Assembly: GCA_050012855.1 (NCBI GenBank)
Contig: JBEKGJ010000029.1
Location: forward strand, 128-64,127
Length of the DNA: 64,000 nucleotides
Reading direction: 5' to 3'
From: Verrucomicrobiota bacterium
GTDB lineage: Bacteria; Verrucomicrobiota; Verrucomicrobiia; Limisphaerales; J093
A program made the position numbers and the translations under genes. The notes under the pieces are model-generated. The model saw only the letters and a program-made list of their open reading frames with translations, did no database searches and was not told the origin of the DNA. Below are positions 38,577 to 46,629 of this stretch, piece after piece. Within the stretch, counting starts at the first letter, position 1, and each line of letters begins with the position of its first letter.

Positions 38577-39695
38577 ATGAAAATGCGATGCCTTGCCCGC
38601 CTCACGCTTGCGTTGCTCGCCTGGGCGGGCGTTCCCGCCGCGCGTGCGGGCGAACGCTGGAGCGACGAACAGGCCGGCGCCTGGGCACGCCGCACCGGCT
38701 GGCTCGTCGGCTGCAACTTCACCCCCAACACCGCCATCAACCAGCTCGAGATGTGGCAGGCCGACACGTTCGATCCCGTCACCATTGACCGCGAGCTTGG
38801 CTGGGCCGAGGGGCTTGGCTTCAATTCCGTCCGCGTCTTCCTGCATCACCTCCCGTGGCAACAGGACGCCCCCGGTTTCATCCACCGGCTTGACCAGTTC
38901 GTTGCCCTGGCGGATCGCCACCACATTGGCGTGATGTTTGTCCTGCTCGACGCTTGCTGGGACCCGTTCCCGCAGGCGGGCAAGCAGCGCGCGCCGCGGC
39001 CGTTCGTCCACAATTCCGGCTGGGTGCAATGCCCCGGCCGCGACATCCTCGCCAACCCCGCCCGGCACGATGAACTGAAACCCTACGTCACCGGCGTCAT
39101 CGGCCATTTTCGGAACGACCGTCGCATCCACTTCTGGGACCTGTTCAACGAGCCGGACAACATCAATCGCCCGGCTTATGTGGCGCAGGAACCGGCGAAC
39201 AAGGCCGAGTTTTCGCTCCTGCTCCTGCGCAAGGTGTTTGCCTGGGCGCGCGAGGTGAACCCATCGCAACCGGTCACCGCCGGCGTCTGGCTGGGCGACT
39301 GGGAGCCGGCCAAGGCCTCGCCGTTCAACCGCTTCATGCTCGAGCAGTCGGACATCATCACGTTTCACAACTATGGCCCGCTGGCCGAGTTGCGGTCGCG
39401 CGTGGACAGCCTCAAGCCTTACGGCCGGCCGCTGATCTGCACCGAATGCATGGCGCGCCCGGCGGGGAGCACGTTCGACCCGAACCTGGCGTTTCTGAAG
39501 GAGCAAAAAGTCGGTGCCTACAACTGGGGTTTCGTCGCCGGCAAGACGCAGACGATCTTCCCGTGGGATTCATGGGAGAAGACTTACACCGCCGAACCGC
39601 CGGTGTGGTTCCACGACATCCTTCGGCCCGATGGCACGCCGTTCGACGCGAAGGAAGTCGCCTTCATCAGACACGTCACCGGCCGGACGAAGTAG
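38577..39695 (+). CDS. Secreted glycoside hydrolase, GH5-like TIM barrel (relatives are often labelled 1,4-beta-xylanase)
   Basis: It has a signal peptide and 'GCNFTPNTAINQLEMWQ..FD...IDRELGWAEGLGFNSVRVFL'. The family assignment is from memory. Confidence 0.75.
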   Translation: MKMRCLARLTLALLAWAGVPAARAGERWSDEQAGAWARRTGWLVGCNFTPNTAINQLEMWQADTFDPVTIDRELGWAEGLGFNSVRVFLHHLPWQQDAPGFIHRLDQFVALADRHHIGVMFVLLDACWDPFPQAGKQRAPRPFVHNSGWVQCPGRDILANPARHDELKPYVTGVIGHFRNDRRIHFWDLFNEPDNINRPAYVAQEPANKAEFSLLLLRKVFAWAREVNPSQPVTAGVWLGDWEPAKASPFNRFMLEQSDIITFHNYGPLAELRSRVDSLKPYGRPLICTECMARPAGSTFDPNLAFLKEQKVGAYNWGFVAGKTQTIFPWDSWEKTYTAEPPVWFHDILRPDGTPFDAKEVAFIRHVTGRTK

Positions 39696-39751
39696 GGCAG
39701 GGAACTGTGCGGGGGCGCCGGTAAGAGCGTCGGCGTTCCCGGTGATCATCA

Positions 39752-40309
39752 TCAATGGTGGGAGCCCGCCGCCGCTGGAGTTTGATTGGTTTCTGAGCCA
39801 AACGGCTGTCTCCGGTTTGCTGGTCTGGGTTGAGAGAATGTTCCGGATCGCTCAACTTCCCATTTGTGGATCACTTCTTCCCAGAGCGGCAAGTCGGCGT
39901 CGCAGATCAAGGCGTCGATCCGGTTGTCTGAATGACTGAAGCGCCAATGGGCGTCGGAAAAGGGCGCGCTGCGGACTTTCTGGTCGAGTGAGGCGAGGTC
40001 GCCGCGATTTGTCATGGGCGCCGAAAGAACAAATGAATGCTTCATGAGGAAACCAAGCGACACCAGCGCATCGTACTGGTTGTCAACCTCCTGCCGGGGG
40101 TTGGAGCCCATTCGCCGGCGTTCGGACCACGTTGTCGGAACCAGCCAGTCTGTCCACCTGAGTTTCCGGAACTGCACGCGTTGCCAGTACTCCAGATTGC
40201 GGAGGTGTGACCGCACCTCGCGATCCCGGGCAGTACTCTGCCAGAAACCCGCGACCAGGCCTGCAAGAACCACTACCACCACGATCAGAACGGCAACATG
40301 TTTTCGCAT
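39752..40309 (-). CDS. Hypothetical membrane-anchored protein
   Basis: It has the single N-terminal TM 'VAVLIVVVVVLAGLVAGF' and somewhat lower GC than its flanks. I recognised no motif. Confidence 0.55.
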   Translation of the reverse strand: MRKHVAVLIVVVVVLAGLVAGFWQSTARDREVRSHLRNLEYWQRVQFRKLRWTDWLVPTTWSERRRMGSNPRQEVDNQYDALVSLGFLMKHSFVLSAPMTNRGDLASLDQKVRSAPFSDAHWRFSHSDNRIDALICDADLPLWEEVIHKWEVERSGTFSQPRPANRRQPFGSETNQTPAAAGSHH

Positions 40310-40399
40310 ACTCAGGCCGGCGTCCCAAGCATCACGGAGATAACCTGCCAAGGGCCCTCCAGTTTCCGCTGAGGTTTGAAGTGGTCGGTGCGTCCTCGC

Positions 40400-40864
40400 C
40401 TATGGCTTGACCCGTTTCGCCTCCCACTCAAGCAGGCGGACATTCCCAATGAAATGCCGTTCGACCTTGCCCTTGATGGTGTCGTCGCTGATCGTGCCCA
40501 GGAACTTCGACTCGGTGACCAGGTCGTGGTCGGCCGGTTGGGCCACGCCGTTCAGGTAGAAGCGCATGGTTTGGTGCGTGGTGAAGGAAACCTGGGTGCC
40601 CGTGAGCTTGGCGTCCTCGAGCGCCACTTCATTTGTCTTTCCGCGTTCAAGCTGGCTCAATGTACCGGTCAGTTTGTCGCCGTTGCGCTTGAGTTTCAGC
40701 ACGGGCTCAAAGGGCGACTTGGGCTTGGGCGTGAACGTGACTTTCCAGGCGCCGGTGGGATTGACCGCGGGCGCCTCGTCGGCCGCGCGGGCGCGGAGGG
40801 CCAAGCCGGCGACGGCAACGATCAGGGCCAGAGTGACTGAGCAGGTGCAGGGTCGGAGTGTCAT
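40400..40864 (-). CDS. Hypothetical secreted protein
   Basis: It has a signal peptide ending 'RARA/ADE', beta-rich sequence and coherent composition. Confidence 0.65.
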   Translation of the reverse strand: MTLRPCTCSVTLALIVAVAGLALRARAADEAPAVNPTGAWKVTFTPKPKSPFEPVLKLKRNGDKLTGTLSQLERGKTNEVALEDAKLTGTQVSFTTHQTMRFYLNGVAQPADHDLVTESKFLGTISDDTIKGKVERHFIGNVRLLEWEAKRVKP

Positions 40865-41650
40865 ACGTGTTGACAGGGTTGAGGTTGATCTATCACAAAA
40901 TCGTTTTCACCGTTGGTGTCACCTTCCCACCTCATGGCTGCCATTGGCCATAAGGCCTTGCTGGGCCCAACCGTGCCAAAGGTGCCCTCCAGCGTCAAGT
41001 TGCCGCGTGAAGCCAGGCGGACACGCGCTGACAACGGTGGCTCGCGGACCGCCGGGTCGCGCCAGTGTGCGGCCGATGTTTTTGGCGTGCAGAAACGCGC
41101 CTCGGTCGGTAATGATCCACACGTTACGCACCATGAAACCAGCGCGAAGCCATGATCGGCCTCCCGGAACTCAGGTGTCGGCTCACCGCGAACCGGGCTG
41201 CGGACGTCAACACCCGCGCCCAATTTCTGACCCCGGCTGACGATGTCAACCGAGGCCGATACCTGCCGAAAGTTCGTCGTGCCGAAGCTTCAGGCCGCCG
41301 GTTGGGACTCCGACCCGCATTCCATCGCCGAACAGCGCAGTTTCACCGACGGTCGCATCGTCGTGCTCGTGCGCCTCGTCAACTCGATGGTCGAGTTCAA
41401 ACAGATCATCGGGCGCGGCACGCGCGTGCACGACGACTACGGCAAGCTCTGGTTCAATATCCTCGACTACACCGGCACGGCCACGCGCAACTTCGCCGAC
41501 CCGGCCTTCGACGGCGATCCCGCCTTCGCCACGCAGGAGGAAACTGACGAACACGGGCGGATGATCCGCACCGAAGTTTTAACCGCAGAGAACGCAGAGG
41601 ACGCCGAGAAAGAAACCTCACCACTTCACGAAGAACCGGTGCCATATAAC

Positions 41651-41696
41651 ACCCTCTCCGCCTCGATCGGGGAGAGGGACGGGGTGAGGTGTCGAA
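41651..41696 (+). repeat. 'ggagaggg' hairpin MITE, copy 1 (inside hsdR remnant, in frame)
   Basis: The sequence is 'accctctccgcctcgatcggggagagggacggggtgaggtgtcgaa', with an 8-bp stem ccctctcc/ggagaggg. Confidence 0.75.
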
Positions 41697-41877
41697 AGTT
41701 CTATTTCGACGGCGGCCAGGTCGAAATCGCCGCCCACCTGGTCTATGAACTCGACGCTGACGGCAAGCAACTCCGCGTCGTCAAACTCACGGATTACACC
41801 GCCGAGAAAGTGCGGACCCTCTGCGCCAGCCCGGACGAACTGCGCGCCCGCTGGGCCGATGCAGGTCAGCGCGCCTC

Positions 41878-41924
41878 TTCCTTCTCCGCCTCGATCGGGG
41901 ACAGGGACGGAGTGAGGTGTCGAA
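41878..41924 (+). repeat. 'ggagaggg' hairpin MITE, copy 2 (inside hsdR remnant, in frame)
   Basis: The sequence is 'tccttctccgcctcgatcggggacagggacggagtgaggtgtcgaa'. Both copies translate to 'SASIG(E/D)RDGVRC'. Confidence 0.75.
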
Positions 41925-42176
41925 GCCACGAGCAGGAAACCGCCTTCTTCAACTACTTCGCCCCCGAAGCCCGCGAAATCCTGAACGACCTGCTGGAGAA
42001 ATACGCTGTTGACGGCGAACTCCAGTTCACGCTTCCCGACGTGCTGAAAGTCCCGCCGATTTCAGCGCGTGGAAACGTGGCCGAAATCGCCCGCCTTTTC
42101 GGTGGTCTTGATCAACTCGGCAACGCGGTTAATCAACTCCAGTCGCTGTTATATGCGGCGTAGCCCCAACACCATT

Positions 42177-42710
42177 GGGCTGGAAGCCCTGGATGTGACA
42201 GCCTGGGCTGGAGTGAGTCCGACGAGCGTCCGCCCAGGTCAACGGTCCGATAAAACACCCTTGACAGGGCTGAAAGCCCCGGATGTGACAGCCTGGGCAG
42301 GAGCGAGCATTGCGAGTGGAGGCCCAGGCCAGCCGTCCCATAAAACACCCTTGACGGGGCTGAAAGCCCCGGATGTGACAGCCTGGGCTGAAGCGAGTCC
42401 GACGAGCGTAGGCCCAGGTCAACGGTCCGATAAAACACCCTTGACGGGGCTGAAAGCCCCCAATGTGACAGCCTGGGCTGGAGCGAGTCCGACGAGCGTA
42501 GGCCCAGGTCAACCGTCCCATAAAACACCGTTGACGGGGCTGAAAGCCCCGGATGTGACAGCCTGGGCTGGAGCGAGTCCGACGAGCGTCCGCCCAGGTC
42601 AACGGTCCGATAAAACACCCTTGACGGGGCTGAAAGCCCCGGATGTGACAGCCTGGGCTGGAGCGAGTCCGACGAGCGTAGGCCCAGGTCAACCGTCCCA
42701 TAAAACACCC
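42177..42710 (+). repeat. REP/BIME-like tandem array, ~6 units of exactly 90 bp
   Basis: 'ggatgtgaca' recurs at 42191, 42281, 42371, 42551 and 42641, and as 'caatgtgaca' at 42461. Each unit carries the hairpins 'ggggctgaaagcccc' and 'cctgggc..(22 nt)..gcccagg'. Confidence 0.9.
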
Positions 42711-42734
42711 AAGCCCTGAAGGGGCGTCACAACC

Positions 42735-43187
42735 ATGTCTCAATCCCTCGCCAACATCGTTGTTCACCTCGTGTTCAGCACGAAGGAGCGCCGGCAACTC
42801 CTCCGCGACGAGGAACGCGGCCAACTCCATGCCTACATCACGGGCATTCTGAAAAACCACGACTCGCCGCTCATCGAAATCAATTCCGTCCGCGACCACA
42901 TCCACATCTTGTTCGCGCAATGCAAGAACCACGCCCCGGCGAAAATCGTGGAGCAGGTCAAATCCTCCTCGTCCGGCTGGATCAAAACGCAGAACCCCGC
43001 CTATGGCGATTTTGCCTGGCAGGCCGGTTACGGCGAGTTTAGCGTCAGCCCCATGCACGTCGAAACGGTTCGGGAGTACATTCGCCGACAACCGGAGCAT
43101 CATGCTCAGGAAGATTTCCAAACCGAATACCGTCGCTTTTGCGAGAAGAACGGCAAACCATTGGAGGAACGATATGCGTGGGATTGA
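42735..43187 (+). CDS. REP-associated tyrosine transposase (RAYT; IS200/IS605 TnpA-like Y1 HUH enzyme)
   Basis: It has the HUH motif 'DHIHILF' and the catalytic Tyr region 'REYIRRQPEHH'. REPs lie in opposite orientations on its two sides. Confidence 0.85.
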   Translation: MSQSLANIVVHLVFSTKERRQLLRDEERGQLHAYITGILKNHDSPLIEINSVRDHIHILFAQCKNHAPAKIVEQVKSSSSGWIKTQNPAYGDFAWQAGYGEFSVSPMHVETVREYIRRQPEHHAQEDFQTEYRRFCEKNGKPLEERYAWD

Positions 43188-43214
43188 TTGCGCAACCAAA
43201 CGAACAGGTGCCGG

Positions 43215-43306
43215 CCCTACAGGCCGGGGGTCGTATTCTGACCGCACAATTTCCTGGGCCTTCGCTGCGCCTCAGCCCAGGCTTTCACATTTCGGGCCTT
43301 CGGCCC
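43215..43306 (-). repeat. Inverted REP copy downstream of RAYT
   Basis: 'cctgggccttcgctgcgcctcagcccaggctttcacatttcgggccttcggccc' resembles the reverse complement of the 90-bp unit. Confidence 0.6.
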
Positions 43307-43325
43307 TGCCGGCCCGCACATCCCG

Positions 43326-43523
43326 ATGAAGAAGAATTTGAAATCCTCGCTGACGGGCAAGGCTCTGGCCGCCTTGCAGGTAGCCGTTGCCAAGGCACTG
43401 GAGGAGCACCGGCGCCGCGGCAGGCCGCTCGCCGTCTGGGGGAATGGCGAAGCCGTTTGGATGCCCGTGGAAACCGCCGACGCCTTGCGTGAAACGCCAA
43501 TCAACTACAAGGCAAAAGGCTGA
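43326..43523 (+). CDS. Small hypothetical protein (65 aa); antitoxin-like guess only
   Basis: The ORF has native GC and the plausible fold-like sequence 'LAALQVAVAKALEEHRRRGRPLAVWGNGEAVWMP'. There is no clear RBS. Confidence 0.4.
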   Translation: MKKNLKSSLTGKALAALQVAVAKALEEHRRRGRPLAVWGNGEAVWMPVETADALRETPINYKAKG

Positions 43524-43575
43524 AGGCTAAATGCTAAACGATAAAAGATTCAGCCTATAGCATTCGGCCTTCAGC
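43521..43575. repeat. Solo hairpin related to the flanks of the four-helix-bundle gene
   Basis: 'ctgaaggctaaatgcta' and 'tagcattcggccttcag' form near-perfect 17-nt inverted arms. Confidence 0.55.
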
Positions 43576-43586
43576 ATTTTCCAACG

Positions 43587-43637
43587 ATGCTCCGCAACGC
43601 CTTCAACCAACTGCAAACGCTGCTCTATGTGGCATAG
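43587..43637 (+). pseudogene. hsdR: Second, diverged hsdR 3'-terminal remnant
   Basis: It translates to 'MLRNAFNQLQTLLYVA*', compared with the end of the 41243-42163 remnant, 'LGNAVNQLQSLLYAA*'. Confidence 0.5.
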
Positions 43638-43640
43638 ATT

Positions 43641-44624
43641 ATGAGTGACTTATATTACTCCACGGACATGACCGTTTACGGGCCTTGGCTCTTGGACGTA
43701 GCGCAACTTCGTGAACTCGACAAAGTGCTCCTCAATGTGTGGGATGGATTGTGCCAATATCGAGAGAAGGCAATTCGTCGGGACGTTCGGGAAATCCTCG
43801 ATGAACGGAGAAGCCGAGGTCTTCAACTAGTCAATGGCGACGAGGAGGATGAAGAACTCCTTGAATCAATAACAAAGCAGGTTTCCAGGAATAGTAGTAA
43901 CTTCCGCGAGGCAAAGGAGATTACGCTCTTCCTCAACGGTGAGCGAAAGCTGAAGGTCGATTCCTTCGAGGAAGCACTTGATCATGCGGCTGTTTCTGAC
44001 ACGAAAGCATACGGATTCATTGCGTCAATGGAGGTAAAGGATATTGAAGTGTCACTCATTTTTGATGGCAATTATAGCAAAGTCGCTCTAAAGGTTTCGC
44101 CGGAGAGACTGCCAGAAAGCCGGGCTGCGTTTGCTTTATTGAAGAACTGGATTGACTCCAACCAACCGCGCAAGTGGCAACAGCATTGGTTGACACTTGT
44201 ATCGCTAATGTGGGCACTTCTGATACTTGGATGTTTTGGTTGCGTGTCTTTTTATACGTTTTTGGCAGGAACGCCGCCATCTCCATATCGGACTCAGGCT
44301 GCTGAACTGCTCAAGCAGGGGGTTACGGTAACGAACCAATTAAAAGCTGTTGAAACCATACTTGCGTTGCAGTCTGGTGCTTCACCTGCTGGTGTATATC
44401 GAGCGATTCCCGTGTGGTGGTTTGCGGCGTTCGGCCTTGGCTTTGTTGCTTGCAGTTTTTTTTCTGTTCAAGCAAAGCCCAATCTTGCCATCGGAAAGGG
44501 GGAGACGTTGGTTAAGCGTTGGCGTTGGTGGGTCAAGTTTATCACTGTCGGCGTGCCGAGTTTCGTTTTCGCGTCATTTATTTCACCTTGGCTGGTTTCC
44601 TTCATAAAAACGCTGTTCCACTGA
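43641..44624 (+). CDS. Uncharacterised low-GC protein: ~200-aa charged soluble N-domain + three predicted C-terminal TM helices
   Basis: This 327-aa ORF starts 3 nt after the hsdR-remnant stop. Its GC is clearly lower than that of its flanks. The TM segments are 'LTLVSLMWALLILGCFGCVSFYTFLAG', 'IPVWWFAAFGLGFVACSFFSV' and 'FITVGVPSFVFASFISPWLVSFI'. Confidence 0.8.
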   Translation: MSDLYYSTDMTVYGPWLLDVAQLRELDKVLLNVWDGLCQYREKAIRRDVREILDERRSRGLQLVNGDEEDEELLESITKQVSRNSSNFREAKEITLFLNGERKLKVDSFEEALDHAAVSDTKAYGFIASMEVKDIEVSLIFDGNYSKVALKVSPERLPESRAAFALLKNWIDSNQPRKWQQHWLTLVSLMWALLILGCFGCVSFYTFLAGTPPSPYRTQAAELLKQGVTVTNQLKAVETILALQSGASPAGVYRAIPVWWFAAFGLGFVACSFFSVQAKPNLAIGKGETLVKRWRWWVKFITVGVPSFVFASFISPWLVSFIKTLFH

Positions 44625-44756
44625 GGCTGAAGCAGTTCTGCCACCGTATGCCTTGCCCCATTACCGCCCAAGCGCTCGGTGCGCTCCGTTAGGAGAAGGG
44701 CTCAAGGATAAAGGGCTAAAGGCGGAATTGGAAATGATCAATCAACAGAGGACTTA

Positions 44757-45095
44757 ATGGCAGGAACCAAAGCGTTCGCGCTTCGAGTCATCCGCATGTA
44801 TTCCGAACTGCCGAAGAACGACACAGTGGCGCAAGTCCTCGACAAGCAAGTGTTGCGTTCTGGAACATCGGTGGGCGCGAATTATCGCGAGGCATCGCGT
44901 GGCCGGTCGAAAGCCGAGTTCATTGCCAAGATTGGCGATTGCCTCAAGGAAATCGAGGAAACCGAGTATTGGCTGGAATTGCTTGTGGACAGCGGTTGCG
45001 TTCCGGCAGCAAAGATGGCCGGGTTGTTGGACGAGACGCGCCAACTCATCCCCATTTTCACGACGATTGACAAACACTCGAAAGATGGCCTTTAG
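44757..45095 (+). CDS. Four-helix-bundle protein (23S rRNA intervening-sequence protein family)
   Basis: 'QVLRSGTSVGANYREASRGRSKAEFIAKIGDCLKEIEETEYWLELL' is the family signature. Confidence 0.9.
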   Translation: MAGTKAFALRVIRMYSELPKNDTVAQVLDKQVLRSGTSVGANYREASRGRSKAEFIAKIGDCLKEIEETEYWLELLVDSGCVPAAKMAGLLDETRQLIPIFTTIDKHSKDGL

Positions 45096-45132
45096 CGTTC
45101 AGCATTCAGCCTTTAGCCTTTCCCGCGTGTCC

Positions 45133-46200
45133 ATGCTGCGCGAGATGCGCGATGCGGCGGGCGATTCCGGCGAGTTTTACACGCCGCGCGCCGTCGTGCG
45201 GCTCATGGTTGCCGTCACCGACCCGCGCCTCGGTGAAACCGTCCTCGACCCCGCCAGCGGCACGGGCGGCTTTCTCGTTGAAGCCTTCAATCATTTGTCG
45301 CAGCAAGTAAAAACGGTCGCGGACAGGAAAATACTACAGGAGACGAGTCTCTTCGGCTGCGAACCTAAGACACTGCCGTATCTGCTCTGCCAGATGAACC
45401 TGCTGCTGCGCGGCCTCGACGCCCCGCAGATTGACCTCGGCAACTCGCTCCGCTTCAAGCTGACGGACATCGGCGAGCGCGACCGTGTGGACGTGATCCT
45501 CACCAACCCGCCCTTCGGCGGCGAGGAAGAGAAAGGCATCCAAGGCAATTTCCCGGAAGACAAACAAACTGCCGAGACGGCGCTGCTGTTCCTGCAACTC
45601 ATCATGCGGAAACTACGGAAAAGTAGGACAGGCTTCCAGCCTGTCACATCTTCCCAAAAGACAGGCAAGATGCCTGTCCTACGTTATGCCCGCGCGGCGG
45701 TGGTCGTCCCCAACGGAACGTTGTTCGGCGATGGTGTGTGCGCCCGGATCAAGGAAGAACGGGAATTCAACCTGCACACGATCGTCCGGCTGCCGAACGG
45801 CGTCTTCGCGCCCTACACCAGCATCCCGACGAACCTCCTGTTTTTTGACCGTTCCGGTCCGACGCGCGAGGTCTGGTATTACGAACAGCCGCTCCCCAAA
45901 GGCCGGAAAAATTATACCAAAACCGCGCGCATCCAGTTCGAGGAATTCGCGCCGCTCATCGCCTGGTGGGACCAACCTGGTCCTGGCACCAAGCGGAAGA
46001 AAAACGAGCAGGCTTGGAAAGTGCCCGCCGCCGAGTTGCTGGCCAACGGCTGCAACCTCGACCGGAAGAACCCGCGCGCCAAGGAAGACATCACCCACCT
46101 GCCGCCCGCCCAGCTCGCCGCCAGCATCTTGAAGAAAGAACAGCGCATCGCGGAGATCATGGGCAACATTGGCAAGCTTCTGGCGAAGCACGGAACATGA
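45133..46200 (+). pseudogene. hsdM: Type I R-M N6-adenine DNA methyltransferase subunit, 5'-truncated (HsdM_N domain missing) with a 60-bp in-frame hairpin insertion
   Basis: It starts inside the conserved 'MLREMRDAAGDSGEFYTPRAVVRLM'. The SAM motif 'LDPASGTGGFL' and catalytic 'NPPFG' are present. The upstream part of ORF 44899.. is an out-of-frame overlap with the 4HB gene. Confidence 0.8.
45623..45682. repeat. Twin-hairpin 60-bp palindromic element inserted in frame in hsdM
   Basis: The terminal inverted repeats are 'gtaggacaggc' and 'gcctgtcctac'. The internal hairpins are 'gacaggc ttcca gcctgtc' and 'gacaggc aagat gcctgtc'. Confidence 0.75.
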
Positions 46201-46201
46201 A

Positions 46202-46629
46202 TCACTCCGCTGGCAGTCCCAGTTCTTTGAGGGCCTCGCGGGCCTTCATAATCGGAATGCCTTCGAACGATTTCAACGAAGTCAAATCGCCGTCGCCGGT
46301 CACGATGGCGTCCACTCGCGCCGCCACGGCTGCCGCCAGCACAATCAGATCCTTCGGGTCACGCAATTCCGGCGGGAGCGAAATCTGTGCGTCGGCGCTC
46401 CAGGTCACGTATTCGCGCAGGCCCTCAGCCAGCATCGTCGGGCTTAAACCAAGGAGTCGAAGTCGGGCGGCGAGCTTCGGTCGGTTCAGCACCTCGACAA
46501 ACTCCACCCACAACCGCGGTGTTTGCACGAGCGCGAGTTTGCCCGCTTTGACGGCATCCAAAAGACGGTCGGGATTCCCGTGCCAGAGCGACCCGGAAAT
46601 CAGGGTGTTGTATCAGCGACGATTCTCAC
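46202..46629 (-). pseudogene. PIN-domain toxin (TIGR00305-like), 1-nt frameshift after codon 7
   Basis: The GTG at 46629 gives 'MRIVADT', and one missing A (near 46608) breaks the frame. The downstream frame reads 'NTLISGSLWHGNPDRLLDAVKAGKLAL...IVTGDGDL'. Confidence 0.65.

Larger units (their letters stand above)
41243..42163 (+). pseudogene. hsdR: Type I restriction enzyme R subunit, internally deleted (first ~40 aa fused to last ~260 aa) with two in-frame MITE insertions
   Basis: The HsdR N-terminus 'TEADTCRKFVVPKLQAAGW...EQRSFTDGRIVV' is joined directly to helicase motif VI 'EFKQIIGRGTR' and the C-terminal domain. Confidence 0.8.

Noticed and set aside
40865-41242. Short ORFs (40861..41223 -, 40919..41134 -, 40913..41155 +) upstream of the hsdR remnant.
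   Set aside because: They overlap one another in different frames and have no motif or RBS. They may be debris of the eroded R-M locus, but nothing supports a call.
42177-42710. A regularly spaced repeat array that could be mistaken for CRISPR.
   Set aside because: The whole 90-bp unit repeats head-to-tail with only point differences, so there are no unique spacers. The units are two-hairpin REPs adjacent to a RAYT transposase, and no cas genes are present.
42069-43247. ORFs 42069..42719 (+, 216 aa with 30-aa repeats 'GLKAPDVTAWAGASPTSVGPGQ') and 42129..43247 / 42133..42708 (-).
   Set aside because: These are translations of the REP array in different frames. The periodic 'protein' merely mirrors the 90-bp DNA repeat, and the minus-strand ORF also runs antisense through the RAYT gene.
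44899-45132. The N-terminal 78 codons of ORF 44899..46200 (hsdM).
   Set aside because: They overlap the four-helix-bundle gene out of frame. HsdM-like sequence begins at 'MLREMRDAAGDSGEFYTP' (45133).
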